A stretch of 64,000 nt of DNA from a virus. The position numbers and the translations under genes are program-made. The stretch covers positions 103,541 to 167,540 of IMG/VR virus record IMGVR_UViG_3300032242_000488; one strand, given 5' to 3'. Under the pieces are notes generated by a model. It did not search any database. It had not been told where the DNA came from and worked only from the letters and a program-made list of their open reading frames with translations. This document shows positions 18,086 to 30,100 of the stretch, in pieces; the first letter of the stretch is position 1; the number at the start of each line of letters is the position of its first letter.

Positions 18086-20532
18086 TATTTGTAGTCCGAA
18101 TCGTAATCTGTTAATTTTCCTGTCCAAATAATCATATTTAAAGCAAGGAATGGGTTCATAATACTAAATGGTTGAGCAAATGGGCCGCCTGCAGGATCTG
18201 TTTTTACGCCGCCACTTGTTCTTAGAAGTCTACCAGTGCCATCGACGCCGCCTAATCCTTTAACTGGAATTGCGTCTGTATCGGCTAACTCCGTAGGACT
18301 GTATGCACCAAACTGTCCGTTTTTATTTCCCATCAAATCGTGTTCGTGATCTGGAAGATTATTAACGGTCAACTGCATCTGCTCGTCGCCTGCACCAATT
18401 CTAACTTCTGTAGGATCTTTATAATTTATAACTGCATTGGGATCAGTAACTCTACCAGCAGGACTTGTAATAGTATCAATCTTTGAAGATATGCTGTTTC
18501 TGTCTGGGACCTGTTTACCATTAAACATATTGTCTGCACCAAGAGGGAATCGACCTCTTAGGTCAGGAAGTTTAAATGTGTCGAATCCTTTTGTACCTAA
18601 TGGATTAGTAGTAGCATCATAAGCATTAGCATTACCGTATAATCCAGCGATTACATTAAATAGTGCTTCATATCGTATTCTAGAAACTTCTGAACCATCA
18701 CATAGTAACCAACCCATCGGTGGTGTAAGCCCGGCATAAGGAACAACTGTACCAACTGGTAGTTGCGGTATTGCTGAAAATAATGTATTCTTCTTAATCT
18801 TATGAAGTCCAGCAGTTCCTTGACTTATTAGGAAGTCATCGCCTTCACCTAGATCTGCTACTGCTGTAACTTCTGGTTTCCCGGAAATAAATGTTTCACT
18901 AAGATTAGTAACAAACTGTTTTCTATTACCTAGTACACCTGCTGGACTAATAGTTCCTGCAATCGCTTGTGGGCCTGTGGCTGTTGCGCTAAATGTAATA
19001 TAAGTTTTTGTTCCTTCTATAACATTATACGTTCCTCGATATGCAACTGGAGTAATATTAGATACAACAACTAGTGTACCTGCAGGAAATGGAACTACTG
19101 TTTGTGCATCAAACTCAAGTTTGACCGTAGTACCGTTACCTGATGCAACAGTAGTGGTTACTGGATTAGTACCCGTTTTGCCGTCAAATTCAATTTCATT
19201 ACTGGTTACATCGCCGGTCATCTCAAATATTGTTGAGCTAGCTAGATTGGTAGCAGAACCGTCTACTGACCCCTTAACTGTTCCAACTAATTTTCCGTTA
19301 AACTCAGTAGCGGCAAATACTTTATTAGCATAGATGTTACTAAACTGTTTTCCGCCTTCAACTGTAGGGTCAGAACCAATTGACGATCCATTATTCGATG
19401 TAGGTAGTATGTCGGTGCCTACTGTAATTTTACCATCTAAGGTAATGTTGCCACCGACAAATAAACTTTTTTCTATACCTGCGCCACCTGCTAACTGAAA
19501 TGCTCCAGTAACAATACTTGTAGAGTCAGTAGTACCTTTGATGAATAACTGTCCTGAAGAATCAGGATTCTCTGTTGTTAGACCAAGGCGTATGTTTCCG
19601 CTAATATCCAATGCTTCTTGTGGAGCAATATTATTAATACCGACACGTTCTTGACTGTCTACTCGAATAACAACACGTTCATTTCCGTTGTTATTAACAC
19701 GAATGTCTAAACTTGAGCCCGACGTCTTTTGATAAATGTATCCAACACCGTTGTCAACAGCAAGTTCCATTTGTCCGTCAGCACCAATTTGTATACCGGT
19801 ATTGCTTTTAACATTAAGACCTTTATAGTTATTGGTAATTACATCGGCACGTAAAAAATTGTCTGCTTCTAAACCCGTTGTTAAGTAACCTGATACAATC
19901 AACTTGCTGGCTTTTTCTGCTGTTCCAAAGTATCCGTTATATAAACTGCTAAGTGTTACTCCTGGATAGATATAAGGAAAACCAGGTAGTGTTGTTTTAG
20001 GTTGAAATTTATCAGTACTGAATATTGCTACTCTAAATCCGCCAACGTAGTTAGTAATAACAGTACGTTCAATATTATCAGTGTCTCTAAAACTTTCTGG
20101 TTCAGCTCCGGTTCTAGCTCCTGCACTAAATCTTGGACCAACTAAAATCCAACCTGAACCAGAGAATAAAAATAACTGTTGTGTATCAGTATTAACCCAT
20201 AAGTCTCCAGGTAAGCTGTTGCCTGCATCGGGCTGGTTACCGCTTGACTTTTTAAGGCCGCCTGCGGCAACCCACTGTGTTCCGTCATAGACATTTAATT
20301 GTTTTGTACTAGCATTAGTATCGTACCATAATTGTCCCTTAACAGGATTAACTGGCTCATTAGTATTGGCAAAATTTTCTAATAGGTGTAGGAAGTTTTC
20401 GCCAATTGCTTGTCCATAACCTGTGGTATTTCTTCCTGGAAAGTTTAGACTGGTAACCGAATTCGTAGTATTATCATCTACGGTCAGCGGAGTGTTGTTA
20501 ATTTGATCGGTAAAACGAATTTGGTATGCCAT
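18085..20532 (-). CDS. Short tail fibre-like protein with a tail collar domain
   Basis: Collar motif PVGTVVPYAG..GWLLCDGS..LF.VI..TFKLPDLRGRFPLG; LPDHEHD. Confidence 0.85.
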   Translation of the reverse strand: MAYQIRFTDQINNTPLTVDDNTTNSVTSLNFPGRNTTGYGQAIGENFLHLLENFANTNEPVNPVKGQLWYDTNASTKQLNVYDGTQWVAAGGLKKSSGNQPDAGNSLPGDLWVNTDTQQLFLFSGSGWILVGPRFSAGARTGAEPESFRDTDNIERTVITNYVGGFRVAIFSTDKFQPKTTLPGFPYIYPGVTLSSLYNGYFGTAEKASKLIVSGYLTTGLEADNFLRADVITNNYKGLNVKSNTGIQIGADGQMELAVDNGVGYIYQKTSGSSLDIRVNNNGNERVVIRVDSQERVGINNIAPQEALDISGNIRLGLTTENPDSSGQLFIKGTTDSTSIVTGAFQLAGGAGIEKSLFVGGNITLDGKITVGTDILPTSNNGSSIGSDPTVEGGKQFSNIYANKVFAATEFNGKLVGTVKGSVDGSATNLASSTIFEMTGDVTSNEIEFDGKTGTNPVTTTVASGNGTTVKLEFDAQTVVPFPAGTLVVVSNITPVAYRGTYNVIEGTKTYITFSATATGPQAIAGTISPAGVLGNRKQFVTNLSETFISGKPEVTAVADLGEGDDFLISQGTAGLHKIKKNTLFSAIPQLPVGTVVPYAGLTPPMGWLLCDGSEVSRIRYEALFNVIAGLYGNANAYDATTNPLGTKGFDTFKLPDLRGRFPLGADNMFNGKQVPDRNSISSKIDTITSPAGRVTDPNAVINYKDPTEVRIGAGDEQMQLTVNNLPDHEHDLMGNKNGQFGAYSPTELADTDAIPVKGLGGVDGTGRLLRTSGGVKTDPAGGPFAQPFSIMNPFLALNMIIWTGKLTDYDSDYK

Positions 20533-20534
20533 GT

Positions 20535-21149
20535 TTACGCTCCGTTAAAACCTGTTAGACTTTGTACTCTAACTGTATAATCAATTTGGATTAAACGGTT
20601 TAATGATTTTTGTACAGGATGAAAAATAACGTGGGTTAACAGTTTTCCTGTTCCAGCAGAGTCGTAAGCTCTAAGACCTAGCTCATCAAAAACGTATTCT
20701 CCGTTTAGATATGTTGTATTATCAAATGCTTCTTGATTGTTAGGCTCACCGTAGTCTAATAAGCAAGTGACTAAAATGTCTGTATAATTTGTTCCAGTAA
20801 CATGACGAACTTCTATCTTGTTTCTTGTAGGATCAACGTTGTTTGTACTACGGTCATTGACTACTTTTGTATAAGTTTCATTATATAAACTGCTGTTAGA
20901 TCCTGTAGTATTTGGAGTCAAATATGTGATAATTCCTGTTGGATCTACTGCTGTTCCGCCGTTGCCAAAGCTCATTTGATATATTGTTCCAATACCTTCA
21001 TTTGCAAGACTCTGTGCTAGAGCAATACTCATATTCTCATAATGAATAGCATTGCGTTTGTTCACGATTATTTCTTCGGAGACGGGATCCCAAATTTTAA
21101 TATGTCCTTGGAGTAATATTCCCGAATTTTCGTCTGGTTTTGTTGTCAT
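20535..21149 (-). CDS. Putative baseplate structural protein
   Basis: 204 aa ORF inside the baseplate block, with its own late promoter. Confidence 0.6.
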   Translation of the reverse strand: MTTKPDENSGILLQGHIKIWDPVSEEIIVNKRNAIHYENMSIALAQSLANEGIGTIYQMSFGNGGTAVDPTGIITYLTPNTTGSNSSLYNETYTKVVNDRSTNNVDPTRNKIEVRHVTGTNYTDILVTCLLDYGEPNNQEAFDNTTYLNGEYVFDELGLRAYDSAGTGKLLTHVIFHPVQKSLNRLIQIDYTVRVQSLTGFNGA

Positions 21150-21170
21150 GTTGTTTTCACCTATACATTG

Positions 21171-21177
21171 TATTTAT
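21171..21177 (-). promoter_or_regulatory. T4-type late promoter
   Basis: ATAAATA on the minus strand, intergenic. Confidence 0.55.
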
Positions 21178-21190
21178 TTTAATAGTTTTC

Positions 21191-24100
21191 TTATACTTTA
21201 TTCTTGTCCGGCAACAAAGCGTAAGTTGATCTGATAAACTTAGCTGGATCAGATCCAGAATCAGCCAATCCTACACCTTCAGTAGTCCATGCTTTGCCCA
21301 CACGCTTCTGCACTACAATATACTGCCCTGCTTCCGGTACTTCCGTTAAGCGAATTTGCATTGGCTGTTGATTATTTGCAGAGCTTACTGAAAATTCGGC
21401 TTCATATGCTACATCACCGCTAGGACTGTCAGGTCCCTGGTTGGGATTCCAAATGGTATATGCTGTTTTACGCAGTCTGCGGCCTGCAACAAATACCTCA
21501 ACATCATTACACTGATTGTAAGATGACGGGATAGTTTTTCTATACCAGGCGTTGTCTACTGTTGGTACTGCTAGTTTAAAGTCTAAGGATATTTTCAAGT
21601 ACTTGATACCCCTAGCAACCACGCGACTAGTTGGCGTTTGATTGTTGATGTTAAACACCAATGCTCCTGCTGTGTTTGCGCTGGTCGCAGTTACAGTAAA
21701 TGTTGTCAAACTATCAATCGATGTAATGATAGCCAATGTGCCAAATGCGCCATTGCCTGATACCTTACTAACGATTTGGCCAACTTGTAAGCCGCTAGTA
21801 ACATTAGGAATTGTTATTCCGTTCTTGGTATATGATCCGGTTAGTGTAACGGTTGATGCTAGTCCTGCTGTGCTAACTGTGCCTGCAAGAGTTACAGTTT
21901 TTACATCTTCTGTTCCTGTAATAACTATAGATCCGTATGCGTTTGCAGTAGTTGATTTGATAGTAATTTGTGTATCACTATTAATCTCAGTAATTATTGC
22001 ATTACTACCAATTGATCCGCTACCGCTAACTTTAGATATTATCATTCCTGTTCGTAATGTATTACGAACATTAGTTAATCCAGTTATTGTAGTTGTCAAT
22101 GCTGTAGCAGTCACAGTGCCAGTTAACTGAATAGTAGTTACCTTTGTCGGCGATACAATTGGAGGATTGTATATGATTAAGTCGTATGCTCCAACAGATT
22201 TTGCAGGTGTTACAAATGTCAGTGTAGTATCACTTATTCTGTTAACTACGCAATCAACATCTCCGACAAACACTTTGACATTAACTTTGAATCCTTTACC
22301 AGTAACTGTTACTGTTTGACTGCCTGTTAAATCAGCTGTTTGATCTTCACCTGGGAACACTATAGACGATACTGTTAGTTCAGCAGAATTAGTATAAATG
22401 CTACTGCCATTAGTATACCCATCTGACACCGCCACTGATGTAATAAATTCATCCTTGTATGGCACTGTTTGAATAATACTTTGATCCCGTACTAGTGTTC
22501 CTTCGTTATGCGCTGCCTTAATACCAGTTCCTAACGTACCACGTTTTAATTGGCGAATAACATTGTTATCTTTCTTTAGATATTCTATACGCTCACCGTC
22601 AATAAAAATTACACCAGGTTTGTTTAGCCTAGGACTTGGGTCAGGTAATACAGATCCGTCAACTAGTTCTATCATAGTGTCATAATAATTTAAAGTTTTA
22701 GCCAATGTGGTTGAAGAAGCATCATCAATTCTTGAGTAAGAATTTTTGTTTAGCATGTCTTTAAATATTTTGTATCCAAAGCTGTTGCGTGTTACTTTGT
22801 TACTAAATGCAATTATATCAATAATATCAGTTTCTGCAAATACTCGAGTTGGACTAAAACTAATATAATTCATGTTGCTCTCTAGAGCATAATCAACTTC
22901 AGGAGTTAATAGTTTTCTGTTTAGCGTTATCCAAACATACTGAGATCCAACAGCTGGTCTGCGTAATTTAATACGGCCGCCTGCTAACTGATTATATCTG
23001 TAGTATTCCTGTGCTCCTGCAACTAGTGTTGAAGCTGACGATGTCTTGTCATGTTCACGTTCAATTTCAAGTATATCATGATTACTGAAAGTAATAACTG
23101 TAATTACTGTACCAGCACTATATTCACCAAATAGCTCAATGGATAAAGTAGGATCTGTAATAATGATATTATAATCGGAATTCGCAACTATAGATAATGC
23201 AATCTTATCTCCAGTTTTTGCAACACCTTTCTTAACCTTAAGTTGATTGTTAACTGGAATCCAGAAATAATCAATACCTTGTACAATTGATTGTCCATTA
23301 ACTGTTACAGTTACCGTTCTAGTGTCAACGGTGTTAAACGCATATCTTGAACTGTCAACCGTATAGGTTCTTGAAGTGCCTGCTACTACAAAGTAGAAAG
23401 TATCAGTTGGTCGTAAAATGCTTCCGTTGGTTACTACTAACACATTGTCTGCAAATGGCTTGGCAAATTCTGGACTGCGAGTTAATTCATATACTGAGTC
23501 AACACCATTATGTATAATTGTTTGCTTTTGTACTTTACTAATAGAATCAACTGCTGATCCTAAAATTGTATAGTTAATAGTTGCTCCTGCTGGAGGAGCA
23601 GTATCAAAACGTATACCAATAGTCCCAACTAGTGTATAGTGACTATCTGTTTTAAAAGTTGTTACTGCTGTAGCTTCTCCGTTAACTGTAACAAACGCTG
23701 TGGTTTCAGAAGCCCATCTTGCTACAGATACAAACTCGGTAGTAGTACCATCGCCAATAAAATAATCTAAGTCTAGAATATTTAAACCATTCTGACTGAT
23801 ACTTGTTATAACAATCTCTAATCCTGGTTGATAATTAGTAATTAATTCTATTTGTTGGCTAGCAAAATTAACAGAATAGTTTACGTCTTGTTTAATAACA
23901 TTTCCGTCAACTTTTACAATAACAGAAGTTGATGTACCTGGACGTTGTCCGATATCAAATATATTATCGTCTGCTGTTAAATATCTCACTGTGCTAATAA
24001 TCGGAGATCCATCTCCAATTTTGTGATATACTGTAATATCAACTGTATCAACTACCTGGCCAGTAACAATTTCTTCAGGTGCATAGCTTGATGTCGGAGT

Positions 24101-27100
24101 AACAAATCCATCACCGTCAACATTAATGTCTTCTGCCGCTAAGCCGGTAGCACTTACATAGGCAAAATCTCCGCCAAATATTTGAGTATCGTACTGAATA
24201 TCACTAGGTTTAAAACTACCGTCGCTAGTGTTCTTTCTTAGAATGATACTGTCACCTGCTTGTATATCTGCACCAAATGCTGTTGTAAATGTTGCATGAT
24301 TAGGAATTACAATTGGTCCAGTGCTTACGCCGTCACCGATGAAAGAATTCATAATAGCTTCTTGATTTACAATACTAGGGAAATTTAAAATTTCAGCTTG
24401 CACTGTATTGATTTTTCCGTTAAGTCGAACAGTTGCACCAGGAGTAATTACTCCGGCAGTTGTTACAACATCAAATCTATCATTGCCAGATAATAATGCC
24501 TTAGCATATGTGCTGGTCAATCTTACACTAGTATTGTTGATAACTTCGCCAATGTAATAGGTTTTTCCGGACACATAACCTTGAATAGTACCGTGACTCA
24601 ACGTTCCAGTTATTGTAATACTTTGGCCAACTTGACGTAAAGCACTTGGTAATATTAGTCTTCCAAAAATATCAAATATTTGCACAGAGGCAATAGTACT
24701 AGTACCTTCATATGCGGCTAGTTGGCCTGCACCAGTAGCTATAAGAGCTATTGCATTATCTCTAGCATATCCAGCACTAACAGCATCTTGTTCGGCAGTA
24801 ACATATTCAGTATTTAAATTATCGTAGATTGCCTGTTTAGCATCTTTTTTCTGCTGTGCTTCAAATATTATCTGAGTATCTCCTAATAATATTGCGGCGT
24901 CTAATACTTCTATTGCATGATTTAATACAACTTCTGCGGCTGCTCTAGCATCAAATAATATGCCAAGCTGTCGAGTTAATTCTGCATATAAAGTAATATT
25001 AAAGTCTTTATCTTCTTGTGCTGTAGACAGTGCCGCCTTGATACTAGCTTTTTCATTCTTAAGAGCCACCAGTGTATCGAGTAATGGTTTAACTGTTATA
25101 TAATTTGGATCGTCTAATCGTCGATTAAATGTATCCGTTGTTCTAAAAGTATAAGTCCCAGAAGCATCTTGTACTAGTGCCTTAGTTAATGTTATTTTTG
25201 CGCCAACAATATCAGAAACAGTAGTGTTTGATTGTATTCCAATGCCTGTTACAGAATGTCCCTTCTTAATACCGTTGGCATTAGTAACAAACAAAGAAGA
25301 ACTATTAACGGTACCAGTACCTGTTGGAGTTGCAGTAACATAACTTCTGTTGCCAGTCCAATAGACGTTGATATATTCTACTTCGGTTGGAGAATAGTTT
25401 AAGTTAAAGGATCTAGCAATACCATCACTCTTAATTAAGAAATCAGTAAAGTCAGGATCAAATTGATCGTAACCAGTGGTAAACCAAGGTAATGCATCAT
25501 ATCCTGATCCAACATCAAATCCAATACCTGTAATTTCTACACCGCCGTAGTCAACGCCCTGCATCAACTGTCCTAAATCACTGCCTAGTTGGCCTGACTC
25601 GGGATTATAAAAATGACTAATTCTGTCGGCTGCATCTAGTAAATTGATATTTTTGTGATACTCAATTATAATTTTAGACAAGTTTGCTGGTGCTGAATTA
25701 AACTGTAGTATTCCTTTGTAACGTGTGTAAGAATAACTAGAATCAATTTCGTTGAATACAATGTAATCAGCTCCTAATATCTCTCCATTGTTATCGGAAA
25801 CTGTAGTACGTGTTTTAATAACATCAATTGGCCATGCTAATTCAAATCTTGTTTTAGATCCGCTGCCAAGGAATGTTTCTTTAGCAACAATCGATGCAAA
25901 AGTATAAGTTGGAGATATTCTATCAAATTTGATACCAACCTTAGTTGATCGTACTAGGCTGTTGGCTAATATAGCCACTGCTCTAGCAGGAGTTCCGCCA
26001 TCTGTAACCGATCCTTCTAATCTAATAACAGGAGTTGTTAAGAAATTTTCACCAAACGGATCATTAATTACAATCGTTGAAACACGGCCTGAAGATAGAT
26101 ATGCTTTAGCACTGATTGAAGTCGATGCTGGCTCAATTATTACTATCGGTGCAGTAACATAACCTGAACCGCCGTCAACAATTCGTATTTCTGTTAGATT
26201 AAATCCAACACTATATAACCAATCGCTATAGGGATATGTTTTAATGTCATCGCTGTTATATGTCAGAATGCCATTTGAGATAGTTGTTTCAAATGGTATT
26301 ACTGTATTGGTAGTTTGATCGTACCTTGGAGGTAGGTCAAAGTCAGATATTTGACTGCCTGTAGGTTCAAATACTTCATAGGTACTGACAAATTCTCGAA
26401 CCTTACTTCTATAAGGTTTAGCTTCGTTGATGTATTCTTGATAACTTGGCAAATTATCATTTTGATATGTTGGCTTTTGCTCAAGTGGTCCAAGGTTATG
26501 TTTTGATCTAACAAAACTAGTTTTAAATGCCCAGTCAATAAACTTTTGTTCACTAAACGCATAACGTATACTTGCAAAGAATAATTCTTTATAGGCTACT
26601 GCTAGCTCATTAATAAAAATATTATTCTTAACTGTATCAAGGATAATTTTTAATTCTGTCTTTGGTTGATCATCAAACACATATGAATCAAATGTTGGAC
26701 CATCAAACCCTTCTGCATTAGCCGCAAAGCGATAGAGATTGTCGGTAAATTTAATTGTACCGTTTTGACGTCCTACAGTTTTATAGTTAACCGTGGTTTC
26801 AAGCACTGCTTGATTATCAATTTTTTCTAATAGAACCCAGCCGCCTATACCTTGATTATTAACTTTGATAATTTCACCAATTTCAATATTGGCGCTCGGT
26901 AATTGATATGCAAAATCAAGTATATGATCTAACTTGGTAAATTCGCTGTAGCCTGCGGAATACCAGTCTATATATTTCCAATAACGTGTAGTATCATAAG
27001 TTTGACTACGCTCTCTAAACCAAGTTTTCTTAATAGAATTCCATGTGTATAATGCCCATCGATTATTTGCTGTCTCATCAGAAGTAACTAGCACTGACAA

Positions 27101-30100
27101 GGTGCGTACAGATAGTGTAGTTGAGTCAAGATAGCCGGCACCTGATTTATCTACAGTTGCTGAGATGATTTGCCCTTTAGTACCTAGGATAGTAGTAATT
27201 TTTGCTCCGCTACCAATACCGTTAATGATTACTTCGGGAGGATTAACATATCCTTTTCCCGAAGTCACTATGTTGACTCTGATAATTTTTCCGTTTTCAA
27301 TTACTGGTGCTAGTGCGGCCCTAACAATATCGTTTGTTCCCACAAATCTAATTTGACTGTATGAACTAATTTCATAGTCATACTTTCCTGACCCTAGACT
27401 AGGTACAGCGTCTTTAGAATTTAACGGAGTAAGATCAACTTCGTCTATAATAGACTGTGTTGCTAGAACTGAATTAACACGCTCAATAAATTCTTTAAGC
27501 GCCTCAATTCTGTTGACAAACATACTTTGTCTTGGTCGACTTTGTATACCGTACTTTAATTTTGGGGGCAATTTAGAATCAGGAACTTCGTTGCCTAACA
27601 AATCAAAACCTGACAAGCTGTCAATCCATTTTTGTTCAATGTATTTGTTAATTGGTTTGTCAATATCACTTGTAGATAATAGTTGATAATGACTATGAAT
27701 ATTAGACTGCTCAAAATTATCAATGATCCAGTAACGAACATTTAACGCTACTTTTCTTCCGGCAATTAGGTCTTTGCAGTTAACTAATGAGAATTGATTT
27801 GCACCGTGGAACGATATGTAGCTAACTCCCATGTTTTTAGGATTACTAATATAGTTTGCAACATCTTTAGCAGACACTGCTCTACCTATTACATCCGGTA
27901 CAGTAACTTTATTCTTAACCCAGAAATAATATATCTTTTTAAATGTTTTACTAACGTTGTCAAATGTTTCACTAACGCTGTAAGCAGTACCTTTGTATTT
28001 GCTAGTTCCACTAATGCCAAGCGTTAATCCTGCTTCAGTATCAGCTAGTTTATCCCATTCAGTTGGTGTGTACTCGCTTTCAACCCACTCATATACACTT
28101 ACCATTTGATTTTCAAAAACTGTGTTCCAAGAATTTGCCTTGTACAGTATTGGTCCTTGATTAGGATCAATAAACTTAGCACTACTTAGATCCCACCATA
28201 GATGTCCAATATTTTTTTCTTTCCAATTCATCAATGTGTCAACTACTACAGTGTCGTCCCCAATTGAGTATGTTGCTGGATCGTAATAGGTTTTAAAGTT
28301 TAACTCGTCTTCGGCAATACCTAATATTTTTCCTTGTAATGGATCTACAATATCAAGATAGGTAATTATACTGCTGTTTTCAATATCGTATAGGAAAACA
28401 GATTTAATTTTATTGATGTTAACTAGTGCGCTAGGTGTTCTATATTTGTACCAAGATTTATTTTCTGAATAAAATTCGTGAACTGCGCCGTTAGTTATAT
28501 TATAGTCGCTGACATAAATTCTATCGGACATTGCTACAGTAGATCCATATTTAGATCCAACTGCGACTCCTACATCTAGACTGTCAGAGAAAATAAATTT
28601 ATTTTCATAATGGTCGTATAACATTACGCTGCCTGAACCAAATTCAGTTTCTAAGAAATGTGTAGCGTCTAAATCAAACGTAGTTTTATTAGCGTCAAAT
28701 CTTGTATGTGCTAGTTGTCTACCGCCAGCACTTGAAATTGCCAACTGATCTCCAACTGTATTGAATCTAACTGTTGATCCAAAATATTCACTACCCCTGT
28801 TATAAGGATTACTTAATTGTTCTCTAAGTACATATTCTCCAGGAGTATATGCTTCTTTAACATTGACTATTATGGTAGCAGTAGCATCATCATAAGATGT
28901 TACAACACCGACCATATAATTAGATAGGTCGCGTGTGATAGTAATGCGCTGTAACTCTAAAATGTCTAGTGGTTTTGGTATAGTTGCGTTGAGCGGGTTA
29001 GAGTTATAATTTGTACCTCTAGTTAGCAATACGCCTGCAACAACTGCACCAGTTGTTGGATTTACCTGTGTAACTTTATATGTTGCTTTGCCGTCACCGC
29101 CGGCAATGTAGACTGTGTCGTCTACTGCATAATTAGTACCGGCATTGACAATAGCTGGATTTGATTTTAAAGTTCCAAATGTTGTTACTACATTTAGTAC
29201 TAAGCCCTTACCACTCTTTCTTACAGTGATTGTTTTTGTTCCGGGCTCGATTGTTATTTCGCTAAGGCTAGTTGTTATCAGTCCGTCAACGGTCACAGTC
29301 CAAGATGAAAACGTAGAAGGAATATTATAATATACTGTCACCGCTCCTTCATTTAGATGAGCGTTAGAATATGTAGGAGCACCTATTGCTAATTTTAGAC
29401 CATCTTTAGATACAGCAATAGTAGAACCAAAACTTGATTTTGCAGGTAGTGGCGACTCAATAGTCTGTACTAATTTGTTAAATTCGTAGTTGTTAGAATA
29501 ATTCCAAATTTTAATAGTATCATTTCCGTTAATGGTATTATTACTAAATGAAAGGACAACGTTTCCGTTAGCGGCTACTGACATGTCAAGTAATTCATGT
29601 CCTGGCGTAAACACTACTGGATCTAATACCATTGCTGTACTAGGAACAAATGTTGAATCAAGTGCGCCAGCTATTAATTTTGATATGTAGTATACAGTCA
29701 ATGATGGTGGCACCGATGCAGATCCTTTTGAACCTACAAATAGTTTGTCGCCAACTACTGCTACTTTATGACCAAAAAACTGATTGGTTGTTTTTGTGGG
29801 AGCAGTTATTAAGTTTGAAAATACATAGTATCCATTAGCATTGCGTGTGTATAAAACAACGTATCCGTGGTTAGCATATACTGGCATTGCTCCATTGCGA
29901 CTTTCTAATACAAATACATCGCCGCCTAGTGTTGTAGATATTCTGAATTGTGTTGAATTGATAATTTCTGAAACATAATAAGTTGTATCAGCACGAACTC
30001 CACCAAGTGTTGTATTTGCAAAAGCAATAGGACCATTTACATATAGATTAGCAGTGGTACCTGATGTTAAAATTAGTCTGTTTCCGTTAGCCGATGTTGA

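Noticed and set aside
12693-20532. Diversity-generating retroelement acting on the fibre tips
   Set aside because: No reverse transcriptase and no template/variable repeat pair seen in the window
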